Below the pieces are notes generated by a model. The model saw only the letters and a program-made list of their open reading frames with translations. It was not told the DNA's origin and searched no databases. A stretch of DNA of 64,000 nucleotides from Naegleria gruberi. Taxonomy: Eukaryota. Positions 1-10,671 of this stretch are shown one piece after another (the first letter of the stretch is position 1; the number at the start of each line of letters is the position of its first letter). Location: the NCBI GenBank assembly GCA_000004985.1, contig GG738849.1. One strand, 5' to 3'. Position numbers and translations under genes: made by a program.

Positions 1-1
1 T

Positions 2-73
2 GAATTTGCTCATGCCAAGGGATCAGAAAACCCTAGCTTGAAAAAGGAAGTTGAAAAGTTCTTGAAACTTTAG
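2..73 (+). CDS. C-terminal fragment (23 codons + stop) of an upstream gene running into the window
   Basis: Frame 2 is open from the window start to TAG at 71-73 (…EFAHAKGSENPSLKKEVEKFLKL*). It converges on, and overlaps by a few nt, the minus-strand gene 70..1425. No homology assessable. Confidence 0.2.
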   Translation, partial: EFAHAKGSENPSLKKEVEKFLKL

Positions 74-1425
74 AGTGTTGATAGTAAATTTTCAAATTGA
101 GTGCATATTGTTTGACACATTTCACACAAATCTGAACAATACTTGGAAATGTATTCGACTTCTTCCTTGAAAATCTGCTTTCTCAATAATGGTTCAATTA
201 AAATCTCATCTCTCAAGTGATTTTCAATTTCAGGCTTATAGTACATGTGATAGTTTTGATCTGTAAATGGATAAATCGTATCTAGTAATTCAATTAATTG
301 GTGCTGGGTGAGGCATTCCTCAATACATGTTTTGATTAGGTCTGAAGAGAATATCTTTTCCTCTTCTTGGTTATTGTTCAGTGAGAAGAGATTTGTAAAG
401 GGTTGTTTTGTATTTGAATCACTCCTTGCAGGTAATGTCGACTCTTTAAATAGCTTTCTGAAATATTCCTGAATGGATTCTTGTTCATAAAATTCTACAG
501 GTTCAGTTGATAGGATTCTTCTTATTTCTTCTTGTTTAAAACCTTTTGTTTCAATACTTTCCACTAATGGATCGAATAAGTGATTTGGATTTTCCTCACC
601 CACAGAAATAGTATGCAACAAGAAGAAAGTTTTCAATGGAGAATCTACTTGTCTTTCAAATATGAATTTTTGAAAAGAATGCAAGCTCACTTGTTCACTC
701 CAAATGATATTCTTGAAAAAATCATGAATTGCTTCTCGATAGCTCTCATATTGAATGAAGGAGAGCTTGAATGTCATATTATAATCAACATTTAACCAAT
801 CTGATTTGTAAATTTCACTCAAACCCTGATTCACAAATCCAGAGTTTAAATGCTCAACTAAATTGGTCACCCTCTCAAATATATTAAAATTCTCAATGCC
901 AAAGACTATTTCCAATTTCTTTTCAATCAATTTCATCAAAAAGCTAGATTGTTTCAATAAATTTTTAATTTGTGACAAGTAGAAAATTATACCTCTTCTC
1001 TTCTTTTGATGATTGAACTTTTTCAATGATCTCCACAATAAATCTAACCTCTTATCCAAATAAAAATCCAGTAAATCCAATCGCACTTCAGCAAGATTCA
1101 ACATTCTCGAATTATTTATAAATTTATACAATTTCTCGTCCATTTCTTCCAAATCTTCTCCTTCAGAGAGGTATTGTTCAACATTTTCCACTCTTGCAAA
1201 GCTATCCACAAATTCCGAAATGAACACTCTCTCGCTTTCCTTTACATTTTCCAAATATTTTCCCCTAGACAGATGCAAACACATATATTCAATTCCACGA
1301 CAAGTACCAAAAGGTACCAGCAACACACTGATATTTTTAATAATTTTTCTAACTTGTTCTCTCCTCCGAAATGAATGAATCTGCAAATAATCCACCAACA
1401 ATTTTGCCTTCTCATTTTTTTTCAT
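70..1425 (-). CDS. hypothetical protein (451 aa), mainly alpha-helical, acidic stretches; no family recognised
   Basis: Long uninterrupted ORF in the track with non-repetitive composition and local codon usage. Internal Cys/His-containing segments are present but no diagnostic motif was recognised. Confidence 0.55.
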   Translation of the reverse strand: MKKNEKAKLLVDYLQIHSFRRREQVRKIIKNISVLLVPFGTCRGIEYMCLHLSRGKYLENVKESERVFISEFVDSFARVENVEQYLSEGEDLEEMDEKLYKFINNSRMLNLAEVRLDLLDFYLDKRLDLLWRSLKKFNHQKKRRGIIFYLSQIKNLLKQSSFLMKLIEKKLEIVFGIENFNIFERVTNLVEHLNSGFVNQGLSEIYKSDWLNVDYNMTFKLSFIQYESYREAIHDFFKNIIWSEQVSLHSFQKFIFERQVDSPLKTFFLLHTISVGEENPNHLFDPLVESIETKGFKQEEIRRILSTEPVEFYEQESIQEYFRKLFKESTLPARSDSNTKQPFTNLFSLNNNQEEEKIFSSDLIKTCIEECLTQHQLIELLDTIYPFTDQNYHMYYKPEIENHLRDEILIEPLLRKQIFKEEVEYISKYCSDLCEMCQTICTQFENLLSTL

Positions 1426-1923
1426 TTTCTAATTCATTACAAAATGTTTGTCTTATGCAGCAATATATAATCAGAAATGCTATTTGGAGATGATTAAAAG
1501 AGACATGGACAAATTATTGTATTGAATACATTTCAGATTCATGAACTTGTCCAATTATTGAAGGTATCTAGTGAAACTGCCTTAATTTATTTTGGTGTGC
1601 GAAACCAAACTTGCTTTAAATTGCGTCTCTTATTGACAGCTTAAATTGGGTGGTTTGGTTATTAACTTAGAATAAAAACAAACACAAACATACTCTCTCT
1701 GAGAATCAAGATTGATGATTAATTATTGCAAGTTATCCATTGTAGAATTTACCAAACAGCAAGGCCATGTCGACCCATTGAAGTCAAAATCCACATATCC
1801 ACAAGAGAAACGGAGACTTATTAGGACCTCCATTTCAATAACAGTATTATTAAATTAATATCTTTATTTACACGACTGTATCCTTGCATTAAAAATCTAA
1901 GGATCAGTGGGAGAAGAGAGAAT

Positions 1924-2889
1924 TTAGAACACATAATTGAACAATCTCCAAAAAACAATCATGTACCACTTATCAACAATGACACTATCATAACTATTGG
2001 ATGAGAATATTTGTCTGTACATTTCCAGGGCAACATGATCTGGAGTAATGGCACTAGAAACAACCTTGAAATAGAGTGGCTTGGTGAGTAGATAGGCCTT
2101 ATAAAAGATTGATTCCTCATTGAATGGTTTGGAGGCAACAATTTGTGTCTTACTGAAACCTGGCTCAACACAACAAACTCTCACAAATGAATTGTCATTT
2201 CCAGAGGCTTTTAACAATTCCATTTCTCTACGGAGAGAATGAGAATAACCAACAATGGCATGCTTTGTAGATGGATACACAGAGAGGAATGGAAGGGCAT
2301 CTCTGCCAGAGATTGAGGCAACATTTAAAATGATGGAAGCATTGGAATCGAGTTGAGTGTTCTTATTTTCCATGAGTGGATACAATTCACGAACCATACG
2401 AATATGACCCAAGGTGTTAACATTGAAAACTTGTTGCATTTCGTCTTCATCAAATTCAACAACTCCACCTCTCTTGACACAATTTGGACTATTTCCAATA
2501 CCAGCATTATTAACCAATGCAAATAACCGATCCTTATTCCACTTTTTCAATAGCTCCTTAACTTGCTCAGCTGCTTGCACAACTTGTTCATTAGAAGCAA
2601 TGTCAACCTGGAGAAATTCCAACTTTTCACATTTCAATTTACCCAAAGACTTTTCCAAGAATTCCATCTTGACGTCAACAGCAATTACATTAGCACCCTT
2701 GTCGAGCAATTCTCTAACTAAATTGGATCCAAATCCACCAGCTGCACCAGTCAATAATACAACCCTTCCAGATGGATCAATATCTTGTTTCAACTTTTGG
2801 AATGGTGCCAATACTTTCTTTCCAATATGAATCAATACTTGAAGAGCTGTTAATAAGTAGGCAATAACTGCCTTGAGGAGTTCAATCAT
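1924..2889 (-). CDS. short-chain dehydrogenase/reductase (SDR), N-terminal membrane anchor
   Basis: Rossmann motif 'VVLLTGAAGGFGSNLV' (TGxxxGxG), catalytic 'YPSTKHA' (YxxxK) and an 'NNAG' motif. Hydrophobic N-terminus 'MIELLKAVIAYLLTALQVLIHIG'. Confidence 0.8.
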   Translation of the reverse strand: MIELLKAVIAYLLTALQVLIHIGKKVLAPFQKLKQDIDPSGRVVLLTGAAGGFGSNLVRELLDKGANVIAVDVKMEFLEKSLGKLKCEKLEFLQVDIASNEQVVQAAEQVKELLKKWNKDRLFALVNNAGIGNSPNCVKRGGVVEFDEDEMQQVFNVNTLGHIRMVRELYPLMENKNTQLDSNASIILNVASISGRDALPFLSVYPSTKHAIVGYSHSLRREMELLKASGNDNSFVRVCCVEPGFSKTQIVASKPFNEESIFYKAYLLTKPLYFKVVSSAITPDHVALEMYRQIFSSNSYDSVIVDKWYMIVFWRLFNYVF

Positions 2890-3508
2890 TTTTTAATGTT
2901 TGTTATATTTGTTAGACTGAAGAGAGAGACATGCATTTATAGTTCAGCATCAAATGGTGTTGATGATATAATACCCTGAAAGATAGGACATTAATTCGCA
3001 CCTCATTGTTGGCGACAAATTGTAAAAATTAGGTTCTGGAATAATAATGGGTTGCATAATTTTCCTTATCTCCATTGAGATGTTTGACTAGACACGAATA
3101 TCATTTTAAGAATATTTGTCATGACAGTTTTGTGAATTGTTTGGACACCAGCCATCAATATAAAACAATGGAAAACTGTAGTACTCTTGAATTGGATTAA
3201 CAAAACTTCTCTCTTAAATCTTAATAATTATTCAAAAATAAATAATTCCAATCAATAATTACTTGCAATCATCCAACCACCATAACCGTGTGCTGGTAAT
3301 TTGCAAATGGATGATGAAAAAAGAGCAAAGTTTTGTTGAATACTTAAAAACTGTTAAAATTGATAAAATTCAATCAAAAAAAATTTTGAAAAAAAGGCTT
3401 GCGGAATTTAACCCTTTTTCGCTTCTTACCATCATCATAACAACAAGAATAACAACAACTATTAATCGTCGGAAGGGAATATTATTTTACTACTAACAAA
3501 AAAAAAGA

Positions 3509-5518
3509 ATGAAAAAATTATTATTAAAAAGAGTTTCATCGGTGAGAGGAGTTTCATCATCGGGGAAGATTTTTCAACTCAATTCCAAATATATTACAGC
3601 TGCTAATTGTAATTGCAATAATAGTATAATTAAGAATCAGTTTTCAACAAGTACAAATACAAGAAAGAGTTCAAGTATTGACAATGATCCACTGTTAAAG
3701 ATTTTGGATTTTGCCAAACAAGAAAAACTCAAGGAGGATGGTTTTAAAAAGACAAAAGATGGTCGATTCTTTACAAAAACATACATTGATCCGGAAATGA
3801 TGACTGAGGATGAACGTGATGAATTTCAAAATAGAGGTATTGAATTTGAGGATGAAAATGAATTTGATAAGTGGATGAAGAATTTAGAAAAGGAAGAACG
3901 AGTTTTACAGAGAAAGGCCGATGAAGCTTTCTTACAAACTGATTTACCTTCCTCAATGAAAAGTTTTAGTTTTTCTGAACTTTTGGATGAAGCAGAACAG
4001 TACCTCATTCATGGTAAACCAATTCCACATTTTAACACATTGCCAAGTCACATTCCACTAGGTGAAAAGGAAGATTTACATCAAAGACCTGACTTTTCTC
4101 ACTTTAAATCACAACCACCAACACTTAAAGATATCAGAGAGACTGTACAATTTACAGAGTCTAATGAAGAGGAAGATAGTTCACCTTCTTCTGTAAAGCA
4201 AAGGAAAAAGGAAATGATTAGAAAGAGTGATGGTAAAATTGACCACGTACAATCAGAGAGAAACATGTACTATCAAGCTCCAAAAACACAATCTACAACA
4301 CAACCACAAGAGAAACAACAAACACCAGTGGAATATAGTACACCAGATGATTATGAAAGAATCAGAGTTCCAGAAGATGCTTACTCTGCATATTACTATT
4401 TTAGAAACGAGGTATACATAAGAGGATTGGATGTTCCACGAACAAAGGAGGAGGAGGATGAGGAAATTGCTGACTTTTTCATTGAGGCCTATTCGAACCA
4501 AAACTCTGTACAGCATTATTTAGATGATCCACTTGTTAAGCAACAGCTCTTGAAGCACTATGACAAGTTTGATAAGGTTGTTGACCAAATAACGGTAGAC
4601 CAAATGCCAACACCAGCTTCTGTTTTGACTAAGGCTCTAGATATTACAGAAGCATCTGATAATCAAAAACTGAAGAGAGAGAAAAATAATGACAAATTCT
4701 TCGATCATTTGAGTGAATTGAATAGAAAGTTACACGCCAAAGGAGAAGTAGTATACAAATTCCAATATAATCCAACAACTAAACGTATTGAGAGGACACG
4801 ATCTGTGATAGATGAAGACAAGTCATTGGAAGCTATTCAAGAAAAGGATTTGAATACTGAAGATGTTGAAAAGGAAGAACCAATAGTAGACTATGATAAG
4901 GAAGGTCTTAACCAACTTGAAATTGAAATGCTTGACCAATACTTTAAAGATATGGAAGCAGAACAGTCCAATAGATCATATAGAGACGAGGCATCAACTG
5001 AGGAAATTCTTTTGAGCAGACTTATGAAGCGAGTGAATCCAAAGAAGGATGATATTGAAGAGTTTAGTGAAACTGAATTGCTTGAATTGCAAAAGTTAGT
5101 GAAACAAAACAAGCATAAATTTGCAGAACTAGAAAGAAAGAGTGGCACTGTTAAAGAACCACTTCCACCATCTAAAAACATGTTCATGCCATCCCAAGAT
5201 GAACTTGAAAGGTCATTCAAGGAAGATTTTGGTGTTAATATCGGAGAATTCCAAGAATTGATTGAACAATATCCACAATTAGGAAATTTAATGGAAAATA
5301 TGCAAGGAGATTCTGAGTTTATTTTCAATTCCCTCTCTCAATATATTGTTGAAAATGGTGGTATTCAAAAATTGGAGCATGACTTTAACGACAAGAGTAA
5401 GGTCAACAGATCCTTTAAGGAATGGGTCAAGGTGAAGAGAGAAAGTTCTGGACTCACAGATCTCTCCACAGAAGAACTTGTCAAGGAATTAGAAAATAGG
5501 TATAAAAAGAATAAATAA
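3509..5518 (+). CDS. hypothetical acidic/coiled-coil protein (669 aa)
   Basis: Single long ORF, E/K/D-rich with heptad-like stretches. ATG at 3509 is preceded by an A-rich context. No recognised domain. Confidence 0.55.
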   Translation: MKKLLLKRVSSVRGVSSSGKIFQLNSKYITAANCNCNNSIIKNQFSTSTNTRKSSSIDNDPLLKILDFAKQEKLKEDGFKKTKDGRFFTKTYIDPEMMTEDERDEFQNRGIEFEDENEFDKWMKNLEKEERVLQRKADEAFLQTDLPSSMKSFSFSELLDEAEQYLIHGKPIPHFNTLPSHIPLGEKEDLHQRPDFSHFKSQPPTLKDIRETVQFTESNEEEDSSPSSVKQRKKEMIRKSDGKIDHVQSERNMYYQAPKTQSTTQPQEKQQTPVEYSTPDDYERIRVPEDAYSAYYYFRNEVYIRGLDVPRTKEEEDEEIADFFIEAYSNQNSVQHYLDDPLVKQQLLKHYDKFDKVVDQITVDQMPTPASVLTKALDITEASDNQKLKREKNNDKFFDHLSELNRKLHAKGEVVYKFQYNPTTKRIERTRSVIDEDKSLEAIQEKDLNTEDVEKEEPIVDYDKEGLNQLEIEMLDQYFKDMEAEQSNRSYRDEASTEEILLSRLMKRVNPKKDDIEEFSETELLELQKLVKQNKHKFAELERKSGTVKEPLPPSKNMFMPSQDELERSFKEDFGVNIGEFQELIEQYPQLGNLMENMQGDSEFIFNSLSQYIVENGGIQKLEHDFNDKSKVNRSFKEWVKVKRESSGLTDLSTEELVKELENRYKKNK

Positions 5519-5592
5519 CTACCTTGATTCAGTTTGATTAAATTTATTATTGCGCCAAAATTTAAATAATTTAATTATAATTACTTTAAAAA

Positions 5593-6306
5593 ATGTCAAC
5601 AATTCCACCAAGAGAAGGTGCACAAACACCAAGTGGTGTCGATGATTCCATTCTCCGATTTAATTTTACTAAACCCATCCCACGATCCCAGACATTTGCT
5701 GCAAATAATGAAAGCTTACAAGAGGCAATTTCTAGTGGGGAACATTCTTTTGCTCTTCCGACAAGAACCAATGAATATATTGCCATGGTGAAAAATCAAT
5801 TCAATTTTCTTGTTAATAATTCTAACCTCCCTGCATGTAAACAAATTAAATATGATTTAATTTCAAAAATTGAGAATGAAAAGGAATTATATCCGAATGA
5901 TAAGGAAAAAATTACAGAATTAAATAATTATTTAAAATCAGGAGAGGATGATTTACAATTTTTGGATTCCTTCACGGATAATATTTTGCAAAAATCTGAA
6001 CCTAGGTATCTATTCAAATCTAACAACCATACTTTTCAAGTTGGAGAAGACTTTTCAAAAGTAGAAAATCATAGTATTTATTCAATGTATGGAAATTACT
6101 ATAATTGTATGCATAATGGATTTATGAAAATTGTTACCATGCAAACAGTTTACAACTGTAGACATGAATTGGCAGAATTTAGATCCATTCCTCTTCATTG
6201 GATTCAGACTGAATGGAAACGACAAAGATATTGGAAAAAATATGAAGATTGCATTCGCAAGTCTGCCTTAAAAACCACACGTCTCACTATAAACTTGGAT
6301 TCGTAA
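5593..6306 (+). CDS. hypothetical protein (237 aa)
   Basis: Uninterrupted ORF with ordinary composition and a C-terminal basic region (WKRQRYWKKYEDCIRK). No family recognised. Confidence 0.45.
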   Translation: MSTIPPREGAQTPSGVDDSILRFNFTKPIPRSQTFAANNESLQEAISSGEHSFALPTRTNEYIAMVKNQFNFLVNNSNLPACKQIKYDLISKIENEKELYPNDKEKITELNNYLKSGEDDLQFLDSFTDNILQKSEPRYLFKSNNHTFQVGEDFSKVENHSIYSMYGNYYNCMHNGFMKIVTMQTVYNCRHELAEFRSIPLHWIQTEWKRQRYWKKYEDCIRKSALKTTRLTINLDS

Positions 6307-6319
6307 ATTATTAGAATCA

Positions 6320-8041
6320 TTATTGCTTGGATTCTGGAGTGCATTTGGTGGCATCGTCATTTGAGGAATTATTTTCGTGTTTGATTTTTACATTAGTATT
6401 TGGCTTTGTTGCTGATGGACTAGACATAAATTCCTTATCGACTGATTGAAGAATATCAGCATTGTCACTATCTTCTTCAATAGGAACGTTCATCATTTCC
6501 AAATCTTGACCACCAAGTTTGGAATATTTAGGTCCACTTTGAATGCTCTTTCCACAGAAACACATTGTGCAAGCAAAGGCAATAATTGACAATCCAATGA
6601 ATAAACCAATGGCAATAACTGCTGCTATCAAGATTTGAACAAGCTTGATGAATTGATCTATTCTTGAAGAGAATTCTGGTTTGTCAATGCCCTCAAGGGC
6701 CTTTTGAATATCTCTTTCCTCTTCACTGACATCATCATGGAAACATGTTGAAGTCATTACTTTTCTTGCACATCTGAAATAGGAATTTCTGTCAGCAAAA
6801 TCAGCATCATAGTCAGAGGCACTAGCTGAGCAACCATCACTGACACTATTAATGACAACATCATTATCACGAACAACTGTAACAGATCCTCCTCCATCCA
6901 AATTGATAGCATTTTCAACTCCTAATTCGATCATAAGGGTGGCCAACTCGTACAAGGTTGGACCCTTATTGTGATTTCCATCTCCATCAATAGAGACAAG
7001 AACGAGACGCCCCTCCTTGTCATGACCCAATGCAGATCTTGAGGCTCTAACAGTGATAAATCTTTTAGCATTGCCAGTTTCTTGTATGGACATATCCTCA
7101 ATTTTAGAGCTCTCATCAACATAGGATTCACCCTTACGAACAAGCCAAATTACTCCTGAAATCATTTGATCAAAATCCTCCAATTTAGTATTCTCATCAG
7201 TATATCCAATAAAGTATTTTCCATCCTTTGTAATTCCAAAATTTACATTGTGATTAGTGCTGACATGTGAAATTCTACCATCAGATACTACATTTCCCAA
7301 ACATGTATGTTTGTGAGTATTGAAAAATCCTGCATTTGTAGTATAATGGCAAAAATAACCATTAGCATGATACTTGGCAATATCTCTCACAGGTGCTGTG
7401 ACATTATAGTAACATCCTCCTCTTAAATCTCTTTTTCCTTCATAAGCCTCCCAGACTTTTGAAATTGGTGAAGTGTTTGCTTGTTTTGATGTTTTTGGTT
7501 GGGGAGAATTTGGTGGACCTGGTTCAACAATTGAAAAATGTTTCATCGGATTCTTTAAAATCAACATGTGACCATTCACATATTGACCTCCAAAGTCCAA
7601 TCCCAAGAATTTATATTCAATATCTGCTTTTTTATCCTTTCCAACAAGCTCTCTTCTTGCAACAGGAAACATTTCATACGGAATAAATTCACTTGCAGCA
7701 TCACCCTGAGTCTCTACCATTTCCTCAGTTCCTTCCTGTCTTTTATGAGGAGACCTTTTCATCATTCCCACTCGTTTCAAATGTTCTCGGAGAGGTTTCA
7801 ATTGATTATAATTTAATTGATCCTTTGAGTAGGGATTAGAGGCAATATCCTCCGTTATTGTGTGCTCGGTTATCATTTTCAAACTCTTACTCTCAACTAG
7901 TAAATTGTGAGTGTTGACAATTGTTATCATCAATATCATAAGAAGGAGCACGGAGAACAAAACGCTACAAAGAGACGAAGAGCGGGAGAGTCTCATTTTT
8001 TTAAAGATATTTCCAATACACTTTATTTGAAAACAAACCAA
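6320..8041 (-). CDS. type I membrane protein with NAGPA-like phosphodiester glycosidase ('uncovering enzyme') domain
   Basis: N-terminal signal/anchor (LLLMILMITIVNT). Lumenal domain has the '…LGHDKEGRLVLVSIDGDGN…LYELATLMIELGVENAINLDGGGSVTVV' signature typical of PF09992/NAGPA. TM helix near the C-terminus (LIAAVIAIGLFIGLSIIAFAC) followed by a cytoplasmic tail. Confidence 0.55.
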   Translation of the reverse strand: MVCFQIKCIGNIFKKMRLSRSSSLCSVLFSVLLLMILMITIVNTHNLLVESKSLKMITEHTITEDIASNPYSKDQLNYNQLKPLREHLKRVGMMKRSPHKRQEGTEEMVETQGDAASEFIPYEMFPVARRELVGKDKKADIEYKFLGLDFGGQYVNGHMLILKNPMKHFSIVEPGPPNSPQPKTSKQANTSPISKVWEAYEGKRDLRGGCYYNVTAPVRDIAKYHANGYFCHYTTNAGFFNTHKHTCLGNVVSDGRISHVSTNHNVNFGITKDGKYFIGYTDENTKLEDFDQMISGVIWLVRKGESYVDESSKIEDMSIQETGNAKRFITVRASRSALGHDKEGRLVLVSIDGDGNHNKGPTLYELATLMIELGVENAINLDGGGSVTVVRDNDVVINSVSDGCSASASDYDADFADRNSYFRCARKVMTSTCFHDDVSEEERDIQKALEGIDKPEFSSRIDQFIKLVQILIAAVIAIGLFIGLSIIAFACTMCFCGKSIQSGPKYSKLGGQDLEMMNVPIEEDSDNADILQSVDKEFMSSPSATKPNTNVKIKHENNSSNDDATKCTPESKQ

Positions 8042-8407
8042 GAGAGCCTTTACTTCTTATCTACCTTTCATGAATTGACATAATATTGAGATTAATTCAA
8101 AATTCATATACGGACTCAATATTTATAAAAATTTTAAAAATAATCAGAGAAAAACACTGAGGTGAAATATGGGTGTTGATAAATCAAGACACCCAAAAAT
8201 CTTATTCTAATTTTTTCACAAGTACCTTTTATTGTGGTACGAATTCCCAAACCATTATGAACTTTCTTTGTGAGATACCATTCCTTTTACAATGATGGAC
8301 TCTCTGGCCAATCACTTTTTTCAAAACAACATATTGGCTCTGAATTTGAAAGTAATTGTCTATTATTATTTCGTCCTCAATATGCTTAAAATTGGATTAA
8401 CACTCCT

Positions 8408-8674
8408 CTATACACCATCATCTGTTTCTTTTGACAATTTTTGGTTTGGTTTGTTTTCGTTTTGTTGTTGGCTTTTTAAATTTTGGATCGACTGGATAAT
8501 TTCTGCTCTCTGCCCTTCTATTTTTGCCTTACTCAAATTGTTAAGCGTATTCAATTCCTCTTCCGTTGGTTTGTAAGTAATGTTAGGTTTAACGTTAGCT
8601 TTGGGAAGACGAGGAAGGTTTTTTGTTTGTTGGTCGAAATGGGTGATTACTTCCTTAGCACTAGCGAAAGACAT
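8408..8674 (-). CDS. possible small protein (88 aa), hypothetical
   Basis: Non-repetitive ORF in an otherwise 870-bp intergenic gap: MSFASAKEVITHFDQQTKNLPRLP…. No homology recognised, and it competes with overlapping plus-strand ORFs. Confidence 0.3.
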   Translation of the reverse strand: MSFASAKEVITHFDQQTKNLPRLPKANVKPNITYKPTEEELNTLNNLSKAKIEGQRAEIIQSIQNLKSQQQNENKPNQKLSKETDDGV

Positions 8675-9010
8675 ATTTTTTTCGGTTTCTGTTGCTTTAT
8701 CTGATTTGAATTAGCGTAACACTCTCCAATAAATACTTAATGGAATGATGTATTTTTATACAAAATTACAATCAAATTTATTAAATATATTAAAAATGTA
8801 AAAAATAAAAATGGTTTTTGAAAATTTCTGTAGTTTGCAAAATGATCCACATTTGGTCCATCATCAGACTACCAAATTGTTCAAGACATTGATCAATTCA
8901 ATACATGAACCCAATAATTGACTCTTTCTAGCTCTTCACATCAAGTCACTCATCACATAATAAAAACCTTACCAACACAGAGTTTCGGAAATCAACAACA
9001 AACAAAAAAA

Positions 9011-10510
9011 ATGATCATCAATACAAAGACAGCATCAACCTTCCGAGGTGTTGGTGTTGTATTTTTAGTAGTTTCCTTGATTCTTCTCTCAACACTCATT
9101 GTTGTTACTACTGCTCAACAAGTTGAACAAAAATCGAGTATTGAAATGGGAAGTGAAGAGTTTACTCCTGATGGACAATTGAAGAGTAAACCATTCTATG
9201 GAGTTGAAGAGGATTTGGAGAATGAAAATATTTCTATTGAAGAGTTGATTAAACGTCTTTCATCTTCAAGTTCACTGGAACAACATGGTGATTTGTTTTT
9301 GAGAAAGATTCCATTCGATAATGTTGCTCAAGTTGAGAAATTGGGAGATTTTTTGGGTAGTCCAAAGGCAAACAAATTGAAGAGAATTGTTTTTAATAAG
9401 AATGGTGCTGAGAAGGATGATCCAAATGTTTTGGAAGCTTCCAAGTTGGCTATTTTACTTGAGAGAGGCTTTTTGAAACAAACTCAACCTACTTTGGAAG
9501 TTATTGGTGTCACTTCTAATAATATGACATTGGAAACTTGTATGGTTTTGTCTTACTTGCTCTTCCAAAAGGGATCTGTTGTGAAAAAGCTCTACTTGTA
9601 TAATAATAATATTGATAGTGCATGTTTGAAGGTTATTTTCAGTCCAATTTTACTTCCTACTGCTAGCAATACCTCCCCTGATAAGGTCACTATTCCACCA
9701 CTTACCAAGTTGGTGATTTTGGCTAATAATGTTGGTGATGAAGGTGCCAAGTATGTTGTCAAGATTGCTGAAGCTATTCCAACATTGAATGATATTGTTT
9801 TGAAGAAGACTGGTTTGAAGGAAGAAGGTGTATTGGCACTTGCTAATTTCATTGAAAGTCATCCAGACAGATTGACCCACATTGATATTAGTGAAAATAC
9901 TCAATTTGGATTGAAGGCTTTCACTGCTTTCTGTGCTGCTGTTGAGAAGAGTACCACTCTTAACTTATTGGATATGAATGAAATTGGAATGGATAGTTTG
10001 AATGCTGTTGAAGTTTTGGTGAAGCTCATTAGAAATAATAAGAGCCTTAGAAAGATTGATATCAGTGACAATAGAATTGCTGATAATGGTGTTAAAGCTA
10101 TTGCCACAGTTTTGTCTGAACAAAATGTTCATCTTGGAAAGATTGATATTTCCAATGTTGGTCTCACTGGTGAAGGTATCAGATATGTCATTGATGCTGT
10201 CAAGAAGAATAGTAATTTGAAGAAGGTATATATTTACAGAGTTGAATTCTTCTTTGAAGATAGTGGCATTGAAAAGGATTTGAAGGAATTGAAGAAGATT
10301 ATCAAGTCTGACTTTATTGATGAGGAAGTTATTACCAGCAATGAAATTAATACTGATCCAAATGATGAAGAAAATGTCGAAGAACCATCAGAGGAAGATA
10401 TCACAGAAGAAGATGATGAAGATGATAACATTACAGATGAAGAATTGAGTGCTCACCCACTGTTTGCCTCACTGATGGAATCTGCAACACCTAAAAAGGA
10501 CGAACTCTAA
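9011..10510 (+). CDS. leucine-rich-repeat protein of the ribonuclease-inhibitor (RNI/RanGAP-like) type with N-terminal signal anchor and acidic tail
   Basis: The likely real start is ATG at ~9011 (MIINTKTASTFRGVGVVFLVVSLILL…), in frame with track ORF 8918..10510. Repeated 28-29 aa LRR units follow (…LTHIDISENTQFGLKAF…LRKIDISDNRIADNGVKAIA…LGKIDISNVGLTGEGIRYV…). C-terminus is D/E-rich. Confidence 0.65.
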   Translation: MIINTKTASTFRGVGVVFLVVSLILLSTLIVVTTAQQVEQKSSIEMGSEEFTPDGQLKSKPFYGVEEDLENENISIEELIKRLSSSSSLEQHGDLFLRKIPFDNVAQVEKLGDFLGSPKANKLKRIVFNKNGAEKDDPNVLEASKLAILLERGFLKQTQPTLEVIGVTSNNMTLETCMVLSYLLFQKGSVVKKLYLYNNNIDSACLKVIFSPILLPTASNTSPDKVTIPPLTKLVILANNVGDEGAKYVVKIAEAIPTLNDIVLKKTGLKEEGVLALANFIESHPDRLTHIDISENTQFGLKAFTAFCAAVEKSTTLNLLDMNEIGMDSLNAVEVLVKLIRNNKSLRKIDISDNRIADNGVKAIATVLSEQNVHLGKIDISNVGLTGEGIRYVIDAVKKNSNLKKVYIYRVEFFFEDSGIEKDLKELKKIIKSDFIDEEVITSNEINTDPNDEENVEEPSEEDITEEDDEDDNITDEELSAHPLFASLMESATPKKDEL

Positions 10511-10671
10511 ATCCTGGAATCTAGTATTATTATTTATTGTTAATAAAATTTCTTAATGTAAATAAATTGTAAACAAATATTGAAATTCTTTTGGTCTATT
10601 TTCTACTTGATTCAAGATCTTTCAATAGTAACAACAACTGTAACTTTCACCTAATTAAATTATTCCACATA

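Noticed and set aside
2414-2830. Plus-strand ORFs overlapping the SDR gene (for example 2414..2830) and similar antisense ORFs across the window (4253..4516, 9592..9904, 11403..11738, 21727..22113, 39182..39571 and others)
   Set aside because: They lie antisense to, or out of frame within, well-supported genes. They have skewed or low-complexity composition and no homology, so they are typical shadow ORFs.
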